Below are positions 41,481-55,100 of a stretch of DNA of 64,000 bases, in pieces; the first letter of the stretch is position 1; each line of letters begins with the position of its first letter. This stretch comes from Paraspadella gotoi (Eukaryota; Animalia; Chaetognatha): contig CM119264.1 in assembly GCA_051294375.1 (NCBI GenBank), positions 26,380,972 to 26,444,971 on the forward strand, written 5' to 3'. The notes under the pieces are model-generated. The model ran no database searches. It saw only the letters and a list, made by a program, of their open reading frames with translations, and had not been told where the DNA came from. A program made the position numbers and the translations under genes.

Positions 41481-42712
41481 TCTCTCTCTCTCCCCCCTCT
41501 CTCTCCCTTCTGTCTCTCCTTTTCCCGGTTGTTGTTTTGACAGCGGAAAATTCCGGACTTATTGAAAAACGATCAGTAACCATAACATCGAGATAGAGGG
41601 TCTAATGGACACGAAGGATTCCGCAGCTGTGGACGCGACCGAGGGGAAGGCCAAGGGTGGATCGGGCGCCCCAAGGAGGGTGGCTCGCCCAAGGGTAGGA
41701 ATGCTACTAGAGGGGGTTTCGGACGACAAAGCGAGGGGTCGTTGGGCGCTCAAAAAATACTTCTAGGCGAAAGGCGTTTTATCAAAAAAAAAGTTTTTTT
41801 TCGGATCGTTCAAAAGTGTGGTTTTGGGGGTTTAATTTCCAGTACGAATAGGTGGAAAATCTGGGCATTGATTCGTAAAAATTTGGGTCAGCTATTGTTA
41901 GTCAGGGGTTGGTTCTAAACCTTCTTTTTGTTTTATATTTATTCTTTGGTTATAAATTCTAATTAAGGTCATCGAGACTGACTAATGATTTACCACGAGA
42001 CGAGGAATTTAGAAACGTCGAAAGGGATATCGGGCAGACCTAATCCAAAAGTCTTCGGGAAGACCTAAAATCCAAAAATCGATCGAACAGACTTTCTGAT
42101 AACAAACGAATGACAGGCACGTCGAACCAAAGTCGCTGCCACCCTCGATCCTGCGTACATTCCCCCCCTTCGAGGTAAGGTCTTTGGTAAGGGCGTCGAG
42201 GCGAAGGCTTCGTTCCTCACCCAGAAATTTCCGATTCCTTTATTTCCTTCCTCATCGCGAATCAAGAGGGCAACGACGTTACGCACGTCTTGTCGCCGAC
42301 AAATGAACAAATCGAAGAAAAGCGACGCCATCTTGGATTTTTTTTTATGAGAGTAAGGGGGGTGAAAAATGGGGGCTTGTCTCGTATCGACTGGATTCTT
42401 GACAAGGTCTTTCTTGTCAAATCAACGTCGCTCTTTTTTTTTCTCGATGCCGGGTTGTTATTTTCGGGGGGAGGCGGCAGGGGGGCGGCGGTTTTATTTC
42501 GTTTGTTGTGTTTCGGTCTGTCAGCATAAAAAGTGTGGGGGATTTGTCAACCTCTCATCTGACCGTCTAGTGCGAAATTAAAATTTAAAAAAATCAAAAA
42601 TGAGTTGAGACTTCATTATTTTAGGGGATAGAGACTATGGAAAAAACGCTTCTGGCTTTTTATTGCGGGTGAGTTAATCCGCTAAATTAGATTAACGATA
42701 AACTAAGCACTG

Positions 42713-42771
<59 letters not shown>

Positions 42772-44634
42772 CTCTCTCTCTCTCCTCTCTCTTCTCTCTC
42801 TCTTCATGTTTTCATTCGGCCTTTCATTCTACGTTTTCCGGGTTCTCGTTATATTTTTTAATTGTTTTTATTATTTGTTTGCCCTTTCCCATCGGTCTTT
42901 GTTTTCCTCACTTTTTATGGGATTTTTTTACGAACTTTTACGTATTTTTGAAATTATGGTTAATTCATTAAATTCTTCTTACTTTCAGTGATGCAGAAAT
43001 AAAAAACCTTTATAGCTCACGATTTTTTTTTAATTTTAAGAAATATCCAATGATACCGTTTTATGACTTCAAGTCGGAAGGTAGTCGGATATACTAGTTA
43101 ATTTTTAGCAATTCATAATAATTAGACAAACATAATAAAAAGAGAAAACTCGCGTATTTCGATTCGTGTTCATCTCTACGGTTATTACGAGACCAGCGTC
43201 GACAAAACTCATGAGGATTCTGAACCCTGACGCAAGAAAGGCGATAATCAATAACGAAAAAAAAAACAAGAAACAAAAAAAAAGAAAGAGAAAAAAACAA
43301 GATAAAAATATTTGGAAGAAAAAAAAAGAAGAGAAGGGAAATTGAAATGAGAAAAGGGAGAAAGAAAAAAAAGAAGAGGAGGAGAAAAAATAAATAAAAA
43401 AAAGAGGAAAGAAAGTAGAAAGAAAGAAAGAGATTGAGATGGAAAGAAAGAAAGAAAAATCGAGGTCTTAATGAAGAAAAGCGTCGGAGTTCGTGTATCG
43501 ACGAGAATTCGAGAGAAGAAGTCGAAAGAAGACACGGAATTTCGCGGTTAGAATTGCATCGGAGGAATGGGAGTAAGANNNNNNNNNNNNNNNNNNNNNN
43601 NNNNNNNNNNNNNNNNNNNNNNNNNNNNNNNNNNNNNNNNNNNNNNNNNNNNNNNNNNNNNNNNNNNNNNNNNNNNNNNNNNNNNNNNNNNNNNNNNNNN
43701 NNNNNNNNNNNNNNNNNNNNNNNNNNNNNNNNNNNNNNNNNNNNNNNNNNNNNNNNNNNNNNNNNNNNNNNNNNNNNNNNNNNNNNNNNNNNNNNNNNNN
43801 NNNNNNNNNNNNNNNNNNNNNNNNNNNNNNNNNNNNNNNNNNNNNNNNNNNNNNGGATGAGGAGGAGGAGGAGGAGGAAGAATAAAGGAAAAGAAGAAGA
43901 AGAAAAAAATCTAGGGAGGGAGGAAAAGGAAAAATAAAATAAGAATGATGGATAAGTTAAAGAATGAATTAAGTCCTGAGAGAAAGTTTTAAAAAACCTG
44001 AGGAAAGGAAAAGAAGATATTAAAAAAAAAAAAGAGGAAAACGGAACGAATTGACGGAGAAACAAAACGGATAAGAAATGGAAGAGTAAAAAGAAGAGAA
44101 AAAAGCTCAGAGGCCAAAAGGGGAAAGTTGTGCACATGTCCGATGAAAACGATAAAGTCAATTCGGGGGGGGAGGAAGAGAGGGAGGGAGGAAGGAGGTT
44201 GGGAGGAAGTTAAGGAAAAGGAGAGTGGGAGGGAGAGACTGATGAGAGAGGGGAGGACGGTAGGGAAAGAGGGAAGGAGAAACTGAAAGGAAAGTGGGAG
44301 GAAATTATTAAAAGAAGAAAGAGAGGTGGATTGGGAGACAGAAAATGAAAGGGAAAAAAAGATAATAAAAAGAGAGTGGGTGGAAGATATTAAAAGGAAA
44401 AAGAGAAGGGGTAATGGAAAAAAAGAAAATAAAAGGAAGATAATGAAAGTAAAAAGGAGACAGGAAATGAAAGGATAGTGAAAAGAAGATAATAAGTAGA
44501 GAGAAAATGACTAAAGTAAGACAAGGAGGAGAAAAAAAAAGAGGAAAAAGAAAATTGAAAGAAATTAAGAAATCGATAGGTTTGTGGGAAAGCGGTTGAC
44601 CGAGGACGGTTAGTGAGACCGAAAAGACTTTGAT

Positions 44635-44669
<35 letters not shown>

Positions 44670-47600
44670 AGAGAGAGAGAGAGAGAAAGAAGGTATGAGG
44701 GGAGCGAAGGCAATAAAAGATTTTGGGACGACAGGAAATGATTGAGGTAAGCCGGTAAAAAACGACCACATGGGCGGACGAGAGAGAGAAGAGAGGAGAG
44801 GAGAGAGAGAGAAGAGAGAGAGGAGAGAGAGAAGAGAGAGAGAGAGAGAGAGCAGATGAAGATGTCGCAAGGGCGGAAAAGTAGCTGCCGACTTCAATCC
44901 TCGATTTCTCTTCCACCGAATTCCATTTCTCCATCATACGATTCCCTCATACGTCATTCCACGTCCGAAGAGGCGACGGGGACGAAAGCGGCGGCGGCGG
45001 CGGCGGCGGCGNNNNNNNNNNNNNNNNNNNNNNNNNNNNNNNNNNNNNNNNNNNNNNNNNNNNNNNNNNNNNNNNNNNNNNNNNNNNNNNNNNNNNNNNN
45101 NNNNNNNNNNNNNNNNNNNNNNNNNNNNNNNNNNNNNNNNNNNNNNNNNNNNNNNNNNNNNNNNNNNNNNNNNNNNNNNNNNNNNNNNNNNNNNNNNNNN
45201 NNNNNNNNNNNNNNNNNNNNNNNNNNNNNNNNNNNNNNNNNNNNNNNNNNNNNNNNNNNNNNNNNNNNNNNNNNNNNNNNNNNNNNNNNNNNNNNNNNNN
45301 NNNNNNNNNNNNNNNNNNNNNNNNNNNNNNNNNNNNNNNNNNNNNNNNNNNNNNNNNNNNNNNNNNNNNNNNNNNNNNNNNNNNNNNNNNNNNNNNNNNN
45401 NNNNNNNNNNNNNNNNNNNNNNNNNNNNNNNNNNNNNNNNNNNNNNNNNNNNNNNNNNNNNNNNNNNNNNNNNNNNNNNNNNNNNNNNNNNNNNNNNNNN
45501 NNNNNNNNNNNNNNNNNNNNNNNNNNNNNNNNNNNNNNNNNNNNNNNNNNNNNNNNNNNNNNNNNNNNNNNNNNNNNNNNNNNNNNNCAAAGAGAACTCC
45601 TGCCACGAGTTTCGATATAAATCAAGTCTCGAGTCCGAAGACGAAAAACCGACGTCGCAAATCTGGTGAAGACTTTTCATGAGGTGCCCTCTGCCCACAG
45701 CGCCACTTCCCACTGTGCTCACTGCCCAGTGCTCAATGGGCCAACCGACTATCGAGTCCACCGGACGTACCCCCAACTTCTCTTTAAATTCATAGTCCAC
45801 CTCTTTTTAAAGCTTTTGTAAAGCACAAAGTTTTATTACAAAATTTTGTCGGTTGATTTAAAACTTTGTCATCTTTCCCTTGAATTTTTTTTAAAAAAAC
45901 GGGAGGTTCTCTAGAATTGGGACAGAAGATTATATAGAAACCATTTATAATTTCCTACAAACAACACAAAGCAAATCCTCGCATTCATTTTATAAAAAAA
46001 TAAAGCGGCCAGCAACGATACGCGTGTAGCGAAGACTGGCAAAGAGAAGCCGGTAATGATAGTCGTCTCAGAGAAACTGGCATTCCGAAAACAATTTATT
46101 TTCATCCCCGAGGTCCGCAACGCTTGACCCGCATATTGCCTCTAAACAAGGCGTAGGACAGACTCTGCGTTGACATGGGGGCAGCAGAGAAGCTGAGGGC
46201 GGAAGATGGACGAGAGGAGGCATGAGAGTAGGCGAGGGGTAAGATTATAGAGGGCACGGTATCAGTCACGAGGAGTGCGGAATATCGCACTGAGAGATGG
46301 GCGTCCCAGAGAGCAGAGCGGGGAAGATGAGGAAAAGGAGGAGAAAGAAGAGGGGGAAGCGGACTGCAGAGAAGGGAGCTGAAGATGGCAGAGGAGCGCC
46401 GGGACCATTCATTGCAATGAGAGGGCAGCGGAGGACATGATGGTAGCATACAGAAAGGGAAAAGCACTGACGAGGAGAGGCCGGCATGAAGGGACGAAGA
46501 TCAAGAACGCGAAATAAAAGACGGTACAACGGTCCTTATGGATCATTTAAAAAATAGCTTTCGCTAAAAAAAACCTTAAGGGAAAATTTGAAAGAGACAA
46601 AAGAAACAAACAAGGTGAGAGAAGAACAAGGAAGGAACGGAAAAAAAAGAGGCAATTAGGTGGGCGGCCGACATTTCGCGATCAAAGAGAAACGAGCCAA
46701 AAGAATCATAAAGCAGTTGAAAACTGAAGAGAACAACACGCAAGAGATATACCCTTAGGACGCGAGAGAGAGAGAATAGAGACGAGACGACACCGCAGAG
46801 ATCGCACCGAGAGAGGACGCAGACTGAGAGACGGAGAGAGACGGAGAGACGCAGACGAGCAACGACGACGAGAGAGAGAGTACGAGAGATTGCGTTTTCG
46901 TCGATCCAACAAAAGTGGCGGAAGAAGTAGAGCGCATAGCACTGGACACGGCGCAGAGGTACAGAATTGCGTAAGGTGGCCGTTTTTTAACAATGCGAGC
47001 AAGGAAGCGAGTGAGGAAAACGCGAAAAAAAAGAAAAAGATGCGATCGCAAAGCCGCGTCCGGCAGGCAGATAGCCAAACTGCAGATGAGCGAAATGATT
47101 GTGTAAATGAAGTCTTCTGCTGGCGAAAAAAGAAAATCGTGCAAACGCGAAAAAAAAAGAGCGAACCACCGAGCAAGGAGCAAGAAGAAAGAAATGAAAG
47201 AAAGAGGAGGAAATGAATGTGATAAAATTTAGGTTAAATGAAAGACGTAGTAGAACAGGAAAGGAAAAAAGAAGAATATTAATAGAAGACTTAAAAGAAA
47301 ATAAAAAGACCGAAAGAATTAATCAAATGAAAAAAAGCGATAAATCAAAAAAAAGAGAAACAAACGAAGGATGAAACACGAATAGAAAAGAAAAAAGAAA
47401 AAAAAATGAGGGAGTATTAAAGAAGAAGCGCATTTCGTACCGCTTTTAGCAGTTATTGGCTGATATAAAGAAATGAAAAGGCAGAGTAATAGGAAAGTAG
47501 AAGAAAAAGAAAATGAGAATAAGAAGAGAAAAGAGAAAAGGAAAGACCCGAAATAGAAAAAGGAAAGAAAGAATAAAAGAGAGAAAGAGAAGAAAAAGAA

Positions 47601-48374
47601 CAGAAAAGAAAATGACGGAAAAATAAAAAGGAAAAGCAAAAAGAAATGGAGAAAAAGAGGCGCGAATCTTCGTTCCCCTTTCGATGGTCCGACGTTCGTT
47701 TTGACGTCTTTAAAAGTCAAACCGCGAACAAAACGCGATGATTTTTAAACGAGAGAGGACCAAAACTCCACCCAAGGCTTTTTCAAACAAAAGAGCAGTC
47801 GAGCTTAAAGTTTAAAGTTTAAAGTTTAAAGTACCTATTGCGGGGATTGAAATTTAAATTGAAACTTTAAATTTAAATTCAAACAGTCAATAAGTTTAAA
47901 CAATAGATGATATGGTTAATAACTTAATACCAACAGCTGGTTAATAATGACTGGTGTAATGGTGTAATTTTGTAGTTAATTTTAGGCAACAATTCACAAA
48001 CGCCATGGGGTTTTTATGGATCTCATATATAAAAAAAAAGGAAGTGAGAAAATATATTCAAATTCATAAAGTAGCATACAAGTCTTCCTTTTCTCCGTTA
48101 AAGTAAAACCCAGCTGAGACAAAAGGTTCAGGAATGATAAAAAACCCAAAAAGCTTTGGCGGCGACGGTGAATGAAGAGGAGGAGGAGGAGGAGGAGGAG
48201 GAAGGGAAGGGGGACTCAAAACAGGTGACACTCAACGAGGAGAGAGAACAGAAAGAATAAAAGACAATAAAAAAGTGGAAAAAGAATAGAAAAGTTATGT
48301 GGTAGACTCGGCGGCGAAATAACCGGACGTGGGCCGTCTAGTAACGCCGCCAGCCGGGGAAGGTGGTGCCGGTG

Positions 48375-48645
48375 GGTAGAGATGGTAAGTTGGGTATGAA
48401 AGGAATAGGGATGGCGGAGTTGGTACGTTAGCGTAGAGATGGCTTACTTAGACAGAGATGGCAGAGATGGCTTAGTTTGGTAGAGATGGTTCCAACCGGT
48501 AGAGATGATGCCTGTTGATGAAGAAAAAGCTTTTTGTAGTGTAGATTGTTTTGTGAGTAAAAGATGCCTATTTGTTCGATTGAGCCGTGGTCTGTACAGA
48601 TGATTTAGTTTAGCAAAGATGGTGCCAGTCGGTAGAGATTAGATG
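48375..48645. repeat. Degenerate short tandem repeat with core GGTAGAGATGG
   Basis: Core recurs about ten times at roughly 20-bp spacing. Confidence 0.65.
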
Positions 48646-49804
48646 GCGCGCAGGGGCGTAGAGTCGGGCGGTAGAATCGGCGCCGCCACAAATCAAAGAC
48701 AAAAGAACGAAGATAAAATGCGGACTGAATAACAATCGTCGACGGAGACAGGGTAAGGGGTTTTTTTTGTGGGTGAGGTGGGTATTGGGTAGGTGGGGGC
48801 GGTAGAGAGAGTTGGGGGAACCGGAGGGTGAGTGAAAAGGTGAGAGAGGCTGTAGTAGAAGGTAAGGCGACGAGTGTGGAATAAAAAAAGAGAGGGCATA
48901 AAAGAGTTAGTGGGAGAAGGTGGTGGTGGAGGTGGTGGTGGTGGTGGCGATAAATTAGGTCGTAAGGAAATGGAGTTTTAAACTTAGAGGATGAGTTTTG
49001 AGAAAACTGATTAATATCTCGGATTTAGTTCTCATTTATTCTTTTTGAATTTTTTTTCCTTTTCTTTCTTTTCTTTATTTAGACTCTCTCCTTTCTTTAC
49101 TTTTGTCCGACTGTTTCTGTGGTTGATGTTTGCCAATGAGAGATTACAAATAGATTTTCATTCGACGAAAAAGACTATTTAATCAACTTAGGATATTTTT
49201 CTTTAAACTTTGCCGTTTCCCATCGTCATTGTCAACGTCGTTGTCTGATTCACAGACTTTTCCATCGTTGTCGTCACTGTCGGCGTTATCTTTGTCGTCG
49301 TCGTCGTTTCTGTCGTCGTTCTCGTCGTCGTCCCGATCGTCACCGTTCTCGTGATCTTTCATGACAAGGAAAATCCATTATTGATTCCACCCCCGATCCT
49401 GATGAGGCCCTCGCCTAGGCGGAGTGAAAAAAAAAGGGGTGTGGAGGAATGAGGGGTTGGGTTAATAAGGGGGTGTTGGAGGAAAGGAAAGGAAAAAGAA
49501 AAGTTGGAGGAAGGAAAGAAGAGGAAACGAAATAAAACTATACTAACTAATTTTAGTTAATGACGTAAATATCGAAAATACATTGAGTGAAAAAATTTAA
49601 AAAAAAAAGATTTGCGAAAATCAGACCGAAAACTTTTCTTTCTTTCCAAAAATTACTATATTCATAAGAAACCTTAGAATAAGATCAAAGAGACAAAGAT
49701 AAAAGTAATTTTTACTTATTTGAACATTTTTATGAATTTATGTCTGTGAAAAAAAATTAAAAAAAGATAGAGAAGAAAGGAAAAATTATAAAAAAAGAAA
49801 AAGT

Positions 49805-49844
<40 letters not shown>

Positions 49845-50071
49845 GAAAGAAAGAAACAAAGAATAAGAAAAGAAAGAAAGAAAGAAAAAAATAAACATAC
49901 ACCATAAAAAGGAATAAGTGGCGAATAAAACCCGAATTTATTCTTTTTCTCACGCGAGAAAAAAAAACCAAACTCGCGACAAAAACGAGAATCTTCAAAG
50001 GCGAAGTCGTTTGGGTTGCGTCATCATTATCGTCATCGTCGTCGGTGTTGTTGTTGTTGTCGCCGGCGGAT

Positions 50072-50138
50072 CTAATAGGATTTCCGGGTTGTCCGACGCC
50101 CAAGACCAAAAGGGTCGTCATCCGATTCCCCATTATCA
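50072..50138 (-). CDS. Putative terminal coding exon (DNGESDDDPFGLGRRTTRKSY*)
   Basis: Minus-strand acceptor ttttctacag|, phase 2, open to TAG; phase matches the exon at 51190-51520. Confidence 0.45.
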
Positions 50139-51189
50139 CTGTAGAAAATCACCGTGAGAGAAGACTCATCGACTCATTTATCGCTTTTAAGTTTGAACTT
50201 TAATTTCATAAAGTCAAGTCTGAGAATATATTTTCAACATTGCCACGATTACAAGTTTATAAATGATTTCTTCTTTGATTCTATTATGTGAGATATCAAA
50301 GAGACTATACAGAGGCAGATGACGGACAATCGTAGATAATTAGACTGTATTAATTAGAGACAAATTATGAATGTTCAAGTCTCTAGTTAAATACGATTGT
50401 TCCCCCAATTTATTTCAAGCAATAAACAAGTGATTAAACTGACAAAAAACTTGTTAAAACGGACAAAAAAGTGACAAGAATTCCGGGTGACAAAGACACC
50501 CGCCTTGGGGCGTTGCTTCAACCGGTCGCAGTTTATTTCCCTTTAATTTCTCTCCAAACTTTGATCCCCGCTTAATTGTTATTGTTATTGTTATGCGAAT
50601 CGGGAACCGGTCTTTGTTTCTACGAGTTAAACTCCCCAAAAATTATCGTCCCTGTTATGGGGCAAAAAAAAAAAAAAACGAATAAGCAAACGGCACTATT
50701 TTCTGAAGGAGTCTCATTTTCGACCTTAATCCCTGAACATACTATTAATATGGATATTCAATATTTTTTTTTTCTTTAAATATTTAATAAAATTCTTAAC
50801 CTTATTTTTTAATACTAATCTAATTTTCAATTCTAGAATAACTATTTCCAATCCGTAAATCTTAACCCTCATCCCAATCCTTAACCAAAACTTATTTTTG
50901 AAATCTAATCCTTAACCTAAATCTTTATCCTTAATCCCAATTACAATTTTAAAATCTAAAAATAACAAAAATTTAACGCCAAATTTAAACTGAAACGAGG
51001 CACTTTCAGAAAATATGGCCAGGCAGGCAATGAATTTAAACGAGAGAAGAAAAAAAAAAACCCCAAAATCTTTGACAAAGACGACGCCAGCGACGACAAC
51101 AACGACGACAAAATCAGCCGGTGCCCGTGCACAACGACGACAAACAACAACAACAACCAGGGATGCCCCGACAACAATGGGTTTGATAC

Positions 51190-51520
51190 CGCGAGACCCC
51201 GAGATGGCGCGTTGGGGTCGTTAGCGCCGACGACGTGGGAATCGAAGGAAGAGAGAAAAGAGGAAGAAGAGAATGACAACGACGAAGAGGACGAGCCCTT
51301 CTCTTAATAGGGCCGATAGGGGGAGAGATATAGGGGGGTTCTGAGTGGAGTTGAAATGGGTTTCGGTGAGCGTGGGAGAAGGGGCGCTGGAGAACTGGGC
51401 GGAAGAAGTGCTTTCGGATGAGGGAACTCGAGGAATGGACTTGGGAGGATTGGGGATTGGTTTGGAGGTATGGGGGGAGTTGGGGGGGGCGATTACTGTT
51501 TTCGAGAGGGTCGAGGGGCT
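51190..51520 (-). CDS. Putative Pro/Ser-rich exon (...PKSIPRVPSSESTSS...IKRRARPLRRCHSL...RHLGVSR)
   Basis: GC-rich island present in three copies. The consensus restores the frame; donor cg|gtatca is phase 2 and weak. Confidence 0.45.
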
Positions 51521-51783
51521 GCTTGCAGGCTTGGGTTCGCGGTTTAGAAATTTATACGGCGGAGTGGTAAAATGAGCAAAGTGAAGTATTAGTCGAACTC
51601 GATGGAAAAACGTGATATGTTTTGCGGTAAAAGGTTTCAAGGTAAGTTTTAAAAAGATACATATTCGTATTGCAGGGAAAATAACTGTCGGAGAGAGTAA
51701 TGTTGAATCAACCTCTATTAACATTGGAATATTGATTTTTAAAACTACAATCAGTTTGAAACATTCGTCAAAATTAAATAACA

Positions 51784-52105
51784 TATGGTGGACTAAAATC
51801 CACCAACCGTTCATCCAGCGGACAATTGGTGCCAGAGGCAAGTCATTCGCCCTCCCAACCCAAAGGTCCGGAGTTCTTGCCCGGTGGTCGTCTGGCAGTT
51901 AAGAGGGACGGGGCGCTTAACCCGCCTGTAAACGGTGTTACATGCCTGAAACCAAAACATTGAAACGGTCTGTCACTAACACATAACAATAATGACTGTT
52001 CTCTTCACTATCTCTAGACAAATTACTGATCCGAAGCTCAGGACTAGCTTATATTGAATGGTTTGTCACTAATACCATCGAGAACAATACATTACTGTCT
52101 CTTCA
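51784..52105 (+). mobile_element. Family A copy with duplicated 3' segment, 4-bp TSD AACA
   Basis: Starts tatggtggactaaaatccacca and ends ctgtctcttca; flanked by aaca/aaca; empty site at 53216-53219. Confidence 0.9.
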
Positions 52106-55100
52106 AACAAAGATTTGGTCGTGACGGTGTTATAAGAATATTGTAAGATAGTTTGTACTTTTGTATGTATAAAGTTACGAGATCGAACGAGAAGAGACGT
52201 AGATTACGTGAGACAACGAAATGTGTTTTCGCCTTTGAAAATCTAATAAAGTAACCAACATTTACCGCCTTTGTTTTTATATTAAGGTCACGATGTCAAT
52301 GGACAATCTGAATTAGGTCAAATATAAATGCTTCTAAATCTTTGTGAAAAGAATTTATTATTTTTTTTAGCACTAAATTGTTTGTACCGATTTTATTTCA
52401 TTATCTAACAATCGCTCGCACCAACCCAGTTAGGAACTCTGCCATTTGCTTTCTTTTTGTGTTGCGGCAAATAAAATATTTACGCACGAAAAGAGAAATT
52501 CTGCCTGCCACATTTATTTCTTAACATGATAATCTAATTTCCATTCTACATTTTAAATATAATAACAATTTTCTTTTCCTCGTATCTTTTGTTTCAGATA
52601 ACAAATATCGCGTGCACAACGGGAAAAAAAACTATANNNNNNNNNNNNNNNNNNNNNNNNNGCGGAAGAGGAAGAAGAGGGAGAAGAGAATGACAACGAC
52701 GAAGAGGACGAAGCCTTCTCTTAATAGCGGCCGATAGGGGGTGGCGGTGGGGGGCGAAGAGATTTACGGGGCTGGTGAGTGGAGTTGAAATGGGCTTTCG
52801 CGTGAGCGTGGGAGAAGGGCGCGGGAAACTGCCGGTAGAAGAAGTGCTTTGGATGAGGGGAACTCGAGGAATGACTTTGGGAGGATTGGGGATTGGTTTG
52901 GAGGTATGGGGATTTGCGGGGGGCGATTGAGCTATGTTTTCGAGAGGGTCGAGGGCTCTTTGCAGGTTGGGTTGCGGTTTAGAAATTTAGACGGCGAGAT
53001 GGTAAAATGAGAAAGTGAGTAGTATTAGTCGAACTCATGGAAAAAAACGTGATTGTTTTGCGGTAAAGGTTTCAAGGTAAGTTTAAAAAGATAAATATTC
53101 GTATTCAAGGAAAATAACTGTCGGAGGGAAAGTAATGTTTGACCACCCTTCTATTAACATTGGATATTGATTTATTAAAACCTACACAGTTTTGAAACAT
53201 TCGTCAAAATTGAATAACAAAAATTTGGTCGGGGTACGTGTACGTTAAAGATATTGTAATAGTTGTAATTTGTATTAATAAGTTACGAGGACGAACGAGA
53301 AGAAACGTAGATTACGTGAGACAACGAAATGTGTTTCGCCTTTGAAAATCTAATAAAGTAAACATAAGCTTTGTTTTTATATTAAGGTCACGATGTCAAT
53401 GGACAATCTGAATTAGGTCCAAATATAAATGCTCTCTAAATTTTTTGAAAAGAACTTTATTATTTTTTTTAGCACTAAATTGTTTGTACCGATTTTATTT
53501 CATTATCTAACAATCGCTCGCACCAAACCCAGTTAGGAACTCTGCCTTTGTCTTTCTTTTTGTGTTGCGCAAATTAAAATATTTACCAGAAAAGAGAAAT
53601 TCTGCATGCCACACTACATTTATTTCTTAACATGATAATCTAATTTCCATTCTACATTTTAAAGATAAATAACAATTTCTTCTTTTCCTCGTATCTTTTG
53701 TTTCAGATAACAAATATCGCGCTGCACAACGGGAAAAAAAAACTATCAAAAGTTAAACAAAATGAAAAAATTCGAAGCGCCGAAAAACTTATTTCTTTAC
53801 ATTTCGAGAGAATAATACTAATTGTAATATTACTACACTCATGTGCAAAACAACGTGCCAATATTTAACTGTAGTTTGTATATATTTTATTACAATCGAT
53901 GAAGATATTTAGAAGATCATTTAATCTAATTTTCTTCAAAAGCTTTGAAATCATGTTATTTTTCAATAACCTTGAAATTATTTATTTTGGTATCTGGATC
54001 AATCCAGTTATCTACTACAAAAAAAAATCAGAAGAAAAAATATTATTTTTAAAGGAATCAATATTTTTGCATGTTTAGCTTTGCTGTGTTATACTTCATT
54101 TAAAAAAATCACTGCTCTTAAACGAATAGAGTAATTTTTATAATATTTATGCCAAACTCTTCATTTTTTAATAAACTTTAATTTACTTATACAGTTTGTT
54201 AACAAATCAAAGTATATAAATAGATTTTTGAAGGCTGATATAAAGTGGCGCGATTTTTTTGTCTGTAATGTGTCTGTAATAACGAGTAGTAAACAAAGAA
54301 ATTTATATATGAGGTATAATCCTTGTTTTTTAAACTCCTCCGCCTTTGTTATTATTTAGCCTAAGAAACGTTTTCGACGAATTTTCCCGATTTCGTCGAT
54401 TTTGACAATTATTGTTTTTGGTGACATTTATGACGACGACGACGACGACGACGAGGATTGAAAAATTTATAGTCAGGTGTCGAGAAACATTTTTTTAAAT
54501 CTCTTAACTTCTCATTTATTCTTTTTGGAAATTTTTTTTTTTTCCTTTTCTTTTCTTTCTCTTATTAACTCTCTCCTTTCTTCTTACTTTTTTGAGTCCC
54601 CGACTGTTTCTGTCTTTGGTGATGTTCTGCCAATGACGAGCAATTACTATAGAATTTTTCATTCGACGAAAAAAAGACTATTTCTTAAATGCAACTTAGG
54701 ATATTTTTTCTTTAATGCCTCGTCCATATGTCAACGTCGTTTGTCTGCTCTGAAATTCACAGACTTTGTCCATCGTTGTCGTCACTGTCGGCGTTTATCT
54801 CTTGTCGTCGTCGTCGTTTCTGTCGTCGTTTCTCGTCTTTGGTCGTTCCCCCGATCGTTCACCCCGTCTTCTCTTTATGATCTTTCATTGACAAGAAAAT
54901 TCGGTCTATTATTGATTCACCCCCCTCCCGATCCGGATGAGGTCTTTTAGGCGGAGCTGAAAAAAAAAAGCGGCAAAAAAAAAAGGGAGTCGGGTGTGGA
55001 GCGGCATGCAGATGGGTTTGGGTTCTAATAAGGGGTGCTTGGAGGAAACGAAAGAGAAAAGAAAAGTTGTAGGAAGGAAAGCAAGAGGAAACGAAATAAA

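Larger units (their letters stand above)
49030..52636 (+). repeat. Multi-kb duplicated block (copies at 54510-57489, 52662-53745, 62162-63030)
   Basis: Long colinear matches, e.g. ttctcatttattcttttt, gggtcgtcatccgattccccattatcact, gtggagttgaaatggg, ggtcacgatgtca. Confidence 0.92.

Noticed and set aside
49399-49430. CTGATGAGGCC...GGC hammerhead-like motif
   Set aside because: GAAA is not adjacent to stem II, and the motif is not conserved in the duplicate at ~54935.
51221-51320. Apparent transmembrane helix plus RRRR stop-transfer in ORF 51221-51841
   Set aside because: The other two copies have an extra base (tagcggccgatagg), shifting the frame to IKRRARPLRRCHSL; the hydrophobic run comes from TCG/TCT repeats read out of frame.
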